Shown here piece by piece: positions 45,296-53,832 of a DNA stretch of 64,000 nucleotides. Under the pieces are notes generated by a model. That model made no database searches, was not told where the DNA came from, and worked only from the letters and a program-made list of their open reading frames with translations. Numbering within the stretch: position 1 is the stretch's first letter; each line of letters opens with the position of its first letter. Origin of the DNA: Planctomycetota bacterium (GTDB lineage: Bacteria; Planctomycetota; Phycisphaerae; Phycisphaerales; UBA1924); the NCBI GenBank assembly GCA_038746265.1, contig JBCDKU010000001.1, positions 54,281-118,280 of the forward strand, given 5' to 3'. The translations under genes were made by a program, and so were the position numbers.

Positions 45296-45790
45296 TTACT
45301 CGTCTTCGTCCTGGTCGTCGTCGCCGTCATCATCGATGTCGTCGTCGTCCGCGTCTTCGAGGTCCTCGTCGAGCTCGCCCGACTCGATGCGCTCTTTCAT
45401 GATGTCGGCGAGCAGCTCGGCGATGAGCGAGATGAGGTGGCCGATCGGGACGGGCTTGATGAGGTAGCCGTCCACGCCCATCTGCTCGGCGTACTGCTGG
45501 TGGCGCTTGCCCTCGTTGGCGGTGCACATCACGACGTAGGGCGAGTCATCGCGGCCCTTGATCTCTTCCAAGGCAAAGAAGCCCGAGCGGCCCGGCAGCA
45601 TCATGTCGAGCACGACGAGGTCGGGCTGTTTCTCGATGCACAGCGCGACCGCGGCGTTGCCGTCGGCGGCGGTGATGGTGCGGGCGCCCTCTGCCTGGAG
45701 CGCGACGTTGAAGGACTGGAGCACGTCGCGGTCGTCATCGACGATCAGGACGCGGGCGCCGGCGAGCCGGCCGAGTTGATGCTGCGCCAT
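45296..45790 (-). CDS. single-domain response regulator (CheY-like) with poly-acidic tail
   Basis: LIVDDDRD, LVVLDMMLPG (phospho-acceptor Asp), YLIKPV. C-terminal DEDLEDADDDDIDDDGDDDQDEDE. Confidence 0.8.
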   Translation of the reverse strand: MAQHQLGRLAGARVLIVDDDRDVLQSFNVALQAEGARTITAADGNAAVALCIEKQPDLVVLDMMLPGRSGFFALEEIKGRDDSPYVVMCTANEGKRHQQYAEQMGVDGYLIKPVPIGHLISLIAELLADIMKERIESGELDEDLEDADDDDIDDDGDDDQDEDE

Positions 45791-45817
45791 GTCGAGGGCC
45801 TTTCTGCGGGCGGGACT

Positions 45818-46942
45818 TTAGGGCAGGCGGTCCTTGCCGTTCTCTTTGAGCCAGGCCCGGTCGCGGTCGGAGCGGTCCACGATCGCCTCGACATCGGCAT
45901 CGGTCATCCAGGGCAGCTCGGCGAGCTTGCGGCGGAGGCTGTCGGGGAAGGGCTTGTTGTCGCGTTCGTGCTTCGGGCGGCTCTTCCAGATGCGGTGCAT
46001 CCACAGGTACTGCTCGGGGTGGCGCTTCACGGACATCTCGAGCGCGCGGCGGTAGCGGGCGGTGAGGTAGAAGAGCGGGTCGGGGGCCGCCATGTACTCC
46101 TCGGGCGTGATGGCGTCTTCCATCGTGAGGTGGAACCGGGCGCCGCCCGCGAGGTTGCCGAGCGAGCGGCCGTCCTCGTCGTGGGCGTTGTCGTCCCAGC
46201 CGATGCGGTGCGCGGAGGACACGATCACATCGGCCTGCTGCTGCATGGCGACGAGGCCGATCGACTTGTAGCTGGACGCGAGGCGACCGAAGTAGGGCGT
46301 GAAGAGTCCGCGGTCGCCCGCGTTCTGATCGGCGACGAACGCGGGGCGTCCGCCGGCGGCCATGAGCTTGGGGACCTCGGCGGCGGCGCGGTTCTTATCG
46401 AGCAGTTCGAGCCCGCGCTCGCGGCGGACACGGCGGACCCAGGTGTCGAGCGGCGGCAGGTCGAGGGGCCGGTAGATCGCGGTGGTCGGGACGCCGATGA
46501 CGCCGACGGAGGTGCCGAGGATCTCCCAGTTGCCCATATGCCCGGTGACGAAGACGGTGGGCTTGCCCTTGTAGAGCGAGCGGAGCAGGTCGCCGATCTC
46601 ACCGAGCTCGACGTACCGCGACCACGTCGTGCGGTTGATCATGCGGGGCGCCATCGCGATCTCGACGGCGAGCATCGCGAGGTGCTCGTAGCTGCGGAGG
46701 ACGAGCTCGTGCGCGCCGTCCTGGTCGAGTTCGGGGAAGGCCTGCATCACGCGCTCCGCGCCGCGCGTGACGCGCTTGCGGTTGATCGAGGACCCGCCGA
46801 ACGCGCGGCCCACGATGCGCGCGGTCTCGAGCGAGGGCTGGAGCCCCGCGACGAGCGGCAGGGTCAGCCCCGCGCGGATGCCGACGTAGGCGGCGCGATG
46901 CTGGATCTGCTTGAGCAGTGATGGTGAGGCGACGGCGGTCAC
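45818..46942 (-). CDS. lipid A biosynthesis (LpxL/HtrB-family) lysophospholipid acyltransferase
   Basis: FVTGHMGNWEILG (HX4E), ADQNAG, PYFG. About 60-aa extra C-terminal tail. Confidence 0.7.
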   Translation of the reverse strand: MTAVASPSLLKQIQHRAAYVGIRAGLTLPLVAGLQPSLETARIVGRAFGGSSINRKRVTRGAERVMQAFPELDQDGAHELVLRSYEHLAMLAVEIAMAPRMINRTTWSRYVELGEIGDLLRSLYKGKPTVFVTGHMGNWEILGTSVGVIGVPTTAIYRPLDLPPLDTWVRRVRRERGLELLDKNRAAAEVPKLMAAGGRPAFVADQNAGDRGLFTPYFGRLASSYKSIGLVAMQQQADVIVSSAHRIGWDDNAHDEDGRSLGNLAGGARFHLTMEDAITPEEYMAAPDPLFYLTARYRRALEMSVKRHPEQYLWMHRIWKSRPKHERDNKPFPDSLRRKLAELPWMTDADVEAIVDRSDRDRAWLKENGKDRLP

Positions 46943-46960
46943 GGGGAGAGGGTATGCGAA

Positions 46961-46991
46961 TCAAAAAAGAACCCCCAGCTTGCGCTGGGGG
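46961..46991 (-). terminator. rho-independent terminator of 47025..48395
   Basis: On the minus strand: CCCCCAGC-gcaa-GCTGGGGG followed by TTCTTTTTTG. Lies 34 nt after the stop. Confidence 0.8.
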
Positions 46992-47024
46992 CTCGTTGAA
47001 TCCAAGTCATCCGGAGAGACCTTC

Positions 47025-48395
47025 TCAATCCGGGAAGTCGCCCACCAGTGTGCGGAGGCGGTTCTCGCTCAGGACCGGGAGGGAGGTCGCCTGGGCCTTG
47101 CGGAGCAGCTCGTCGTAGCGCTCGATCTCCTGGCGGAGGCGGACGTACTCGAGCACGACCTCGCGCGGGGAGTCGGGCGAGGGCGCGACCGGAAGCTCCG
47201 GGCGGGCGCCGAGGACGAGGAAGTCGGTGTCGCCCGCGATGTCCTGCTGGACGACGCCGCCCCAGCGGTTGATGAGGTTCTCGACGTCGCCGCGCTCAAG
47301 GGCGGAGCGGATGCCGTCGCCGTTGATGTCGAAGGTGCCGTAGACGACCATGCGGTAGACCTTGTTGGGGTCGTAGAGCGGGTTGGCGATCTTGTCGCCG
47401 CGGACGATGGGGTTGCCCGCCGAGGAGCGGAGGATGCGGGCGCGGGCGCTGTTCTGGCTGATCTGGATGACCTCGATCGAGCCCTTGCCGGGGGCGTAGA
47501 CGCCGGTCTGGGGGTCGGGGAGGATGTCGCCCGCGAGGGAGTAGACGCTGAAGGTCTGGCCGATCTGGACCTTCTGGCGGCGGCCCAGATCGATGATCAC
47601 GACGTTCTGGACGGGGTCGATCTCAACGACCTCGCCGTCGATGAGCGCGAACTCATCGGGCGGGCTGATCGAGTTGCCGCCGCCCTCGCCGCGGGCTCGG
47701 GTGAGCTGGTCGCGGAGGACGAGGACGGTCTGGTTGAGGTTGGAGATGGTGTCGTCGCGGGTGTCGATCTGCGATTCGTAGGAGCTGCGGAGCTCGTCGC
47801 GGGCCGAGGCGAAGCCCAAGGTGGCTGCTTCGATATCGGCGTCGTACTCATCGACGCGGTCCTCGATCGAGCCCACACGGGTGCGCTCCTGCTGGACGGA
47901 CTGGTCGAAGTCGGAGCGGATCTGCCCGACGCGGTTGGCCTCGGCCTCGGCGTTGGCGATCGCGGTCTGGGCGCGGCGGGTCGCGGCGTCCACCTCGCTG
48001 TTGAGGCGGGCGATGGTCGCGTTGTTGGACGCGATCTGGCCCGCGAGCGGGCCCTCGACGCCGCCCGTGCGGTCGGCGACGAGCGTCTTGAGCGATTCCA
48101 TGTCGGCGTCGCCCGAGCCGATGATCATGGTCTTGAGCTCGGCGTTCTCGCGGAGCAGGAAGTCCACGAGCGAGCTGCGGCCCGCACGCTCGAGGTTGGT
48201 GCGAACGCGGTCAGCGGTCAGCTCGGTGGCGCGGATGATGCCGTCGTACTCGGCCTTTAGGCGGTCGTACTCGCGGGTCTTCTCCGACGCGGCGGAGAAC
48301 TCGGCGACCGCGACGACGAAGAACCCGACCATCAGCATCGCGAGGATGATGGTCGAGATGACGAGCGCCATGTTTCCGCTGCCTCGAGCTGCCAT
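47025..48395 (-). CDS. hypothetical membrane-anchored coiled-coil protein
   Basis: N-terminal TM LVISTIILAMLMVGFFVVAV, about 200 aa of coiled coil, and a globular C-terminal half with no confident domain call. Confidence 0.55.
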   Translation of the reverse strand: MAARGSGNMALVISTIILAMLMVGFFVVAVAEFSAASEKTREYDRLKAEYDGIIRATELTADRVRTNLERAGRSSLVDFLLRENAELKTMIIGSGDADMESLKTLVADRTGGVEGPLAGQIASNNATIARLNSEVDAATRRAQTAIANAEAEANRVGQIRSDFDQSVQQERTRVGSIEDRVDEYDADIEAATLGFASARDELRSSYESQIDTRDDTISNLNQTVLVLRDQLTRARGEGGGNSISPPDEFALIDGEVVEIDPVQNVVIIDLGRRQKVQIGQTFSVYSLAGDILPDPQTGVYAPGKGSIEVIQISQNSARARILRSSAGNPIVRGDKIANPLYDPNKVYRMVVYGTFDINGDGIRSALERGDVENLINRWGGVVQQDIAGDTDFLVLGARPELPVAPSPDSPREVVLEYVRLRQEIERYDELLRKAQATSLPVLSENRLRTLVGDFPD

Positions 48396-48657
48396 GTGTT
48401 GCTCCGGTTGCTGCGGGCGGCTCGCCCCGCGGTGCTGATGCCCCGCCGTCCCGGTGGTCGCGGCGTGGTCGTGGTTCGTGCTGCATGAATCGTGAACTGG
48501 ACGCCGCGGCCGTGCGTGCGGTCCTCTCAGACTCGTTCGCCCGCCGCGGCCCCCCGGTTCCGCTTCGGACGCCGCCTGCGCGGCGAGGGCAGAGTATCTG
48601 CGCTGGCGCGGCCCGCGTCAACGCGACGACGTGGTTCTGGGTCCGTACGAAATCCGA

Positions 48658-49620
48658 TCAGGACTCGGCGTTCGCCGCCTTGGCCAGCATCGCCGCCCCG
48701 ACCACGCCCGCGTCGTCCTCGAGCTTCGAGGCGACCACCTCGATCCCCTTCATCGACGACGGGAAGACCTCGCGGCGGACGGTCTCCTTCACGCGGCTCA
48801 CGAAGGGCTCGCCGATCGCCTCGGTCAGCCCGCCCCCCATGACGATCAGGTCGAGGCCCATGACCGTCGCGTGGGCGGCGATCGCGCAGCCGAGCCCCTC
48901 TGCCGCGTCGTGGATGAGGTTCATCACGAGCGCGTCCTTCGCGGCGTAGGCCTTGCCGAGCACCTTGGACTTGATCTTCTCGAGATCGCCCCCGGTCAGC
49001 TCGGTGATCACGCTCTCGGCGTCGGCCCGGATCATCGCCCGGGCTCGGTTGCACAGGGCGGTCCGGGAGTAGAGCTGCTCGACCGACCGCAGGCCCGGCG
49101 GGTTGCGCGGGAGGGCGGGCGTGTGACCGATCTCGCCCGCTGACCCGGTGCGGCCCGAGCGGAGCTTGCCATCAAGCACGAGCCCGCCGCCCACGCCGGT
49201 GCCGACCCAGACGCCCATGACGTCGGTCGCGCCCTTGGCAGCGCCGGCGGTCACCTCGCCCCAGATCGCGACGTTGACATCGTTCTCGACGGTGACGGGC
49301 TTGCCGAGCTTGGTGCTCAGGAGGTCCTTGAGCGGGACGCCTTTCCAGCGGAGGTTGGGCGCCTCGATGACGATGCCCCCGGGCTGCTCGATCGGGCCCG
49401 GGGCGCCGATGCCGACGCAGGCGACATCGGCGAGCTTGACCGAGGCAGCCTCGCAGGCTTCCTCAACGCCGCCCGCGATGCAGTCCACGATGCCCTCGGG
49501 CCCGTCGGCGACGGGCGTCTTGCGCTTGGATCTGCTGAGGACGTTGCCGTCGCTGTCGGTGACGCCGATCTGGACGTTGGTTCCGCCGAGGTCGATGCCG
49601 ACGATAGGGTCTGCCGCCAT
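48658..49620 (-). CDS. ROK-family sugar kinase (glucokinase-like) lacking the Cys zinc motif
   Basis: GIDLGGTNVQIGV, ENDVNVAIWGE, GTGVGGG, SAGEIGH. The expected CxCGxxGCxE is replaced by PPGLRSVEQ. Confidence 0.75.
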   Translation of the reverse strand: MAADPIVGIDLGGTNVQIGVTDSDGNVLSRSKRKTPVADGPEGIVDCIAGGVEEACEAASVKLADVACVGIGAPGPIEQPGGIVIEAPNLRWKGVPLKDLLSTKLGKPVTVENDVNVAIWGEVTAGAAKGATDVMGVWVGTGVGGGLVLDGKLRSGRTGSAGEIGHTPALPRNPPGLRSVEQLYSRTALCNRARAMIRADAESVITELTGGDLEKIKSKVLGKAYAAKDALVMNLIHDAAEGLGCAIAAHATVMGLDLIVMGGGLTEAIGEPFVSRVKETVRREVFPSSMKGIEVVASKLEDDAGVVGAAMLAKAANAES

Positions 49621-49686
49621 GTGCCTGCTCCCTGCCTGTACGCCGGTTCTGAACGTCCCGGAGCGTGCGTGACTGTCTGTAGCGCT

Positions 49687-50652
49687 CTAGATGAGCGTGG
49701 TCATGATGACGCGCGTGTCCACCGCGGCGTCCTGGATTGCCTTGGTGCGGGCCTCGATGCCCTCGTCGCCCCCGCCCACGACGAACAGCGTGCTGCCCGA
49801 GCCCGAGACGTGGACGTGCACGCCGCCCAGCACCTCGCGGATGGACGCGTGCAGATCCTTGAGCTCGGGGCGGACGCGGAAGGCCGCGTCCTCGAGCTCG
49901 TTGAAAAGGTAGCTGTTGTTGATGGTCTTGAGCTTGGCGGTCTCCTCGACCATCCCGGCGCGGAGGCCGCGGGTCGGGGCGTCGTCGAACGCGCGGTAGA
50001 CCTCGGCGGTCGGGCAGCCAAAGGGTGGGCAGATCAAGATCAGCTCGGCCTGCGAGCGCTCGACGCGGCGGATGCGGCGGCCCAGCTCATCGACGACGCC
50101 GGGCCGTGCGGCGCCGCCCGGCTCGATGGTCTCGGTCGTGCCCTCGTTGGTGGGCTCGGAGCCGTCGTCGATGAAGAAGGGGATATCGGAGCCCAGCTCT
50201 GCCGCGATCGCGCGGAGCTTGTCCTGCCCGAGGTTCATCTCGAAGAGTGCGTCGATGCCCCGGATGACGGCGGCGGCGTCCGCCGACCCGCCCCCGAGCC
50301 CGCCGCCCGCGGGGATGCGCTTGCGGACGGTGATCGACACGGGCAGGTTCGTGCCCGCCTCCTGCTCCATAAGCCGGACGGCCCGGAGCGTGAGGTCGTT
50401 GGCGACGAGCCAGTTGATCTGCATGCCCTCGCCGACGACCTCGACCCGTGCTTCTGATGGGGCGTCTGCGCCCTCGGCCGTCCGCTCGATCTCGATGGTG
50501 TCGTAGACGTCCACGCAGGACATGAACGTGGAGATCGGGTGCATGCCGGCGTCGGGGCCGGCGTCGGGACCATCCGGGATCGCGGGCCCGACGGAGAGCG
50601 CGAGGTTCACCTTCGCGTAGGCGTGGAGGGTGAGGCGAGGCATGAGGGCCAT
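49687..50652 (-). CDS. ispE: 4-diphosphocytidyl-2-C-methyl-D-erythritol kinase
   Basis: ATG 50652 (or 50643). AYAKVNLALSV and KRIPAGGGLGGGSADAAAV. The long R/H-rich N-terminal extension of the ORF track is rejected. Confidence 0.85.
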   Translation of the reverse strand: MALMPRLTLHAYAKVNLALSVGPAIPDGPDAGPDAGMHPISTFMSCVDVYDTIEIERTAEGADAPSEARVEVVGEGMQINWLVANDLTLRAVRLMEQEAGTNLPVSITVRKRIPAGGGLGGGSADAAAVIRGIDALFEMNLGQDKLRAIAAELGSDIPFFIDDGSEPTNEGTTETIEPGGAARPGVVDELGRRIRRVERSQAELILICPPFGCPTAEVYRAFDDAPTRGLRAGMVEETAKLKTINNSYLFNELEDAAFRVRPELKDLHASIREVLGGVHVHVSGSGSTLFVVGGGDEGIEARTKAIQDAAVDTRVIMTTLI

Positions 50653-50748
50653 CGTAACGAGCCCTCGGCGCGAGCCGGGGGTTGGCAGGCAGAAGACCCC
50701 TCGCTCGCGCGATGGGCTCGTTGTCGAGGTGTTGCGTATCTTGGCAGC

Positions 50749-51351
50749 GTGTCGCCGAAGACCCGGTTTTGCGTGTGGATGGTGGCGGTGGGGTTGCCGC
50801 TGGTGGGGGCGCCGCTGGCGCTGGTCGATGGATGCGCGGGGGTGGTTGTGCCTTCGGTGCTCGCCGCGGCCGGGTTGCTGATGCAGCTTTGGTTGCTGGT
50901 GACAACGCCGGTGGATGCGATCAAGCTGCGCTATTCCGTGAGCGTTATCGCGATCGCGGCCGGAACCTTCTGGGTTCAGAGCTTCGCGACTGCGAGGCTT
51001 TGGAGTGACCCGGAGCAAGCAGAGGCCGCCGGCTACGCGTCGCCCGTAGTGCTCGTTCTGCTTCTCTGCTTCCCGGTCGTTACGACGCGGTTCCGTTGCG
51101 TCGGGCTCGTCGCGATCCGGACCCCGCCGAGTCCTTGGTGGATGGCCCTGCCCCTCTGGTGGCCGTCCGTGACGTACAACGCTTTCGGGTTGACGTACGT
51201 CTTCGGCTTCCTGCTCGCGTTGTCGATGGTCGCTCGCGTGATATCGCGGGTATCGCCTCGACTCGTCCTTGCGGCGACGCTCGGGTTTGTTGCAATTGCG
51301 GCGGTGCTGCTCGGTGTCGCGTTGTCCTGTTCAGAAGCGGCGGTGAACTAG
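50749..51351 (+). CDS. hypothetical polytopic membrane protein
   Basis: GTG 50749 in ORF 50539..51351. Six hydrophobic helices and no motif recognised. Confidence 0.45.
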   Translation: MSPKTRFCVWMVAVGLPLVGAPLALVDGCAGVVVPSVLAAAGLLMQLWLLVTTPVDAIKLRYSVSVIAIAAGTFWVQSFATARLWSDPEQAEAAGYASPVVLVLLLCFPVVTTRFRCVGLVAIRTPPSPWWMALPLWWPSVTYNAFGLTYVFGFLLALSMVARVISRVSPRLVLAATLGFVAIAAVLLGVALSCSEAAVN

Positions 51352-51360
51352 ACTGTCAGT

Positions 51361-52533
51361 ATGCCCCCCACCGTCGCCGATCTTGCCGCTGTTCTGAACG
51401 ACATCGCCCCGCTCGACGGCGCGGAGCCCTGGGACAAGGTCGGGCTGCACGTCGGCGACGAGTCGGCCCAGCTTTCGGGCCCGGCGCTGCTCACGATCGA
51501 CCTCACCGAGCCCGTCGTCGATGAAGCGATCAACATGCGGGCCTCGGCGATCGTCGCGTACCACCCGCCGATCTGGGAGCCGATCGAGCGGCTTACCGGC
51601 TCGACGCGGACCGCACGGATCGTCGCGAAGGCGATCGCGCACGGGATCGCGATCCACTCGCCGCACACGGCCCTCGACAACGCCGAGGGGGGCGTGACGG
51701 ACTGGCTCTGCGAGGGGCTCGCGGGGCTTGCGGAGGGCGAGTCGCCCGGCGGGCGGATTCAGGGGGACGTCCGCGGGCTCGAGCCCCACCCGGTGCACAA
51801 GGCGTCGCAGGAGGTCAAGATCGTGACCTTTGTGCCCGATTCGGCCGTCGAGCAGGTCCGCAACGCGCTCGCGACCGCGGGCGCGGGCCGTATCGGAGAC
51901 TACGAGGTCTGCTCGTTCAGCCTGGTCGGCAAGGGGACGTTCTTTGCGGGCGGCAGCACGAACCCCGCTGTTGGCTCGAAGCACAAGCTCGAGACGGTGG
52001 ACGAGCACCGGCTCGAGATGGTCTGTTCGAAATCGGGCCTGCCGCTCGCGATCGAGACGCTGCGGCAGTTCCATCCCTACGAGGAACCCGCGTACGACAT
52101 TTATGAGCTCATCCCCGAGCCCCGCCGATCGACCGGCGCGGGGCGTCGGCTCGTTCTCGATCAGCCCGCGACGCTGGCCGAGCTGGGCCGGCGGCTGCGG
52201 ACGCACCTCGGCCGGGCCCGCATCAAGCTCGCGCTGGTCGAGCCCGACAACGACAAGCCGATCACGCACCTGGGCGTATGCCCCGGCGCGGGGTCGTCGC
52301 TCGTCGAGCTCGCGACGCGCGAGGGCTGCGAGGCGTTCGTCACGGGCGAGATGAAGCACCACGAGATCCTCGCCTCGCTCGACCGCGGCACGAGCCTGCT
52401 CCTCGCGGGCCACACCAACACCGAGCGCGGCTACCTGCCGCGGTTGGCATCGAAAGTCTCGGCCCAACTGCCCGCGCTGACGATCGCGATCTCGAACGCG
52501 GACCGGGACCCGCTGACGGTGCTGACGGACTGA
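51361..52533 (+). CDS. Nif3-like dinuclear metal centre protein
   Basis: DKVGLHVGD, IVAYHPPIW, IHSPHTALDNAEGG, an inserted domain of about 100 aa, and C-terminal AGHTNTERGYL. Confidence 0.8.
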   Translation: MPPTVADLAAVLNDIAPLDGAEPWDKVGLHVGDESAQLSGPALLTIDLTEPVVDEAINMRASAIVAYHPPIWEPIERLTGSTRTARIVAKAIAHGIAIHSPHTALDNAEGGVTDWLCEGLAGLAEGESPGGRIQGDVRGLEPHPVHKASQEVKIVTFVPDSAVEQVRNALATAGAGRIGDYEVCSFSLVGKGTFFAGGSTNPAVGSKHKLETVDEHRLEMVCSKSGLPLAIETLRQFHPYEEPAYDIYELIPEPRRSTGAGRRLVLDQPATLAELGRRLRTHLGRARIKLALVEPDNDKPITHLGVCPGAGSSLVELATREGCEAFVTGEMKHHEILASLDRGTSLLLAGHTNTERGYLPRLASKVSAQLPALTIAISNADRDPLTVLTD

Positions 52534-52546
52534 CCAGATCGATCTC

Positions 52547-52603
52547 TACCGAGTTTACGCGGGTTTACTATGATTTGATAAATCAAGGTAAACTCGGTAT
52601 ACT
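52547..52603 (+). promoter_or_regulatory. near-consensus promoter TTGATA-N17-TATACT embedded in nested palindromes
   Basis: -35 at 52575-52580 and -10 at 52598-52603. A perfect 12-bp inverted repeat TACCGAGTTTAC (52547-52558) / GTAAACTCGGTA (52588-52599). Inner palindrome GATTTgatAAATC (52572-52584). The ATG at 52610 lies 7 nt after the -10. Confidence 0.5.
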
Positions 52604-52609
52604 TGGGTC

Positions 52610-53815
52610 ATGGACCCGAGGCACAATCCGTATGTCCCGAGTGCCGGCAGTCCGCCGGCGGAGCTCGCGGGGCGCGAGATGCTGATCGAGGCGGTGGACG
52701 TCGTGCTGCACCGCGTGCTCGCGGGGCGATCGACCAAGAGCCACATGCTCATCGGGCTCCGCGGCGTGGGGAAGACGGTGCTGCTCGCCGAGTTCCGGAA
52801 GCTCGCGGAGGGCATCCAGGCGCAGGGGCGTCCGCTCCAGACGGTTCGGATCGAGGCGCCAGAGAAGAAGTCGCTCCCGGCGATGCTGCTCCCGGACCTG
52901 CGGCGCGTGCTGCTCAAGCTCTCGCTCTCGGAGCGGAGCAAGGAGCTCGCAAAGAGGGGGCTGCGCGCTCTGGCGAGCTTCGCGAAGCTCAAGACCAAGT
53001 ACGACGACATCGTGATCGAGCTCGATCTTGCGCCGGAGCTTGGTCTTGCCGATTCGGGCGACCTGGAGACCGATCTCATCGACGTCATCGAGATCACGGG
53101 GATGGCGGCTCAGAAGGCCGGCGGCGGCGTCGCGATGTTCATCGACGAGCTGCAATATGTCGAGGAGAACCAGCTCGCGGCGCTTATCACCGCGCTGCAC
53201 CGCTGCTCGCAATCGCAGCTCCCGGTGGTGCTCTTCGGCGCAGGACTCCCGCAGCTGCGGGGCCAGATGGGCAAGGCGAAGTCGTACGCGGAGCGGCTCT
53301 TCGAGTTCGCTGAGATCACAGAGCTGAACCGGGCGGACGCGAGGCGGGCGATCACAAAGCCCGCAGAAGAAGAGCGGGTGGTGTTCGAGGATGCCGCGCT
53401 CGATGAGATCGTGCGGGCGACGCAGGGCTACCCGTACTTCCTTCAGGAGTGGGGCAAGCACGCCTGGGACACCGCGGACGCGTCGCCGATCACGCTTGCG
53501 GATGTCACGAACGCGACGAAAATCGCGATCGCCGAGCTCGACAAGAGCTTCTTCAGCGTGCGGTTCGATCGCCTGACGCCCTCTGAGAAGGTCTACCTCA
53601 GGGCGATGGCCGAGCTCGGGCCGGGCCCGCACCGATCGGGCGATATCGCGGAACTGCTCGGCAAGACGTCTCAGACCGTGGCTCCGACACGGGCCCGGCT
53701 GATCGAGAAAGGCATGGCCTATAGCCCCGGCCACGGCGACACGGCGTTCACGGTGCCGCTTTTCGATGAGTTCATGAAGCGGACGATGCCGGGGGAGGAA
53801 TGGCGGGCGGGGTGA
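52610..53815 (+). CDS. AAA+ ATPase (Arch_ATPase/AAA_16-like) with C-terminal winged-helix domain
   Basis: LAGREMLIEAV..., Walker A GLRGVGKTVLL, Walker B VAMFIDELQYV, sensor-like VLFGAG. C-terminal LTPSEKVYLRAMAELGPGPHRSGDIAELLGKTSQTVAPTRARLIEKGM resembles a wHTH. Confidence 0.7.
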   Translation: MDPRHNPYVPSAGSPPAELAGREMLIEAVDVVLHRVLAGRSTKSHMLIGLRGVGKTVLLAEFRKLAEGIQAQGRPLQTVRIEAPEKKSLPAMLLPDLRRVLLKLSLSERSKELAKRGLRALASFAKLKTKYDDIVIELDLAPELGLADSGDLETDLIDVIEITGMAAQKAGGGVAMFIDELQYVEENQLAALITALHRCSQSQLPVVLFGAGLPQLRGQMGKAKSYAERLFEFAEITELNRADARRAITKPAEEERVVFEDAALDEIVRATQGYPYFLQEWGKHAWDTADASPITLADVTNATKIAIAELDKSFFSVRFDRLTPSEKVYLRAMAELGPGPHRSGDIAELLGKTSQTVAPTRARLIEKGMAYSPGHGDTAFTVPLFDEFMKRTMPGEEWRAG

Positions 53816-53832
53816 GGGGGTCGGGCTGGGCG

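Noticed and set aside
44891-46921. 676-aa plus-strand ORF
   Set aside because: It spans four separate, well-supported minus-strand genes (FmdB-like, hypothetical, response regulator, LpxL-like). It is a low-complexity G/A/V/D/R translation.
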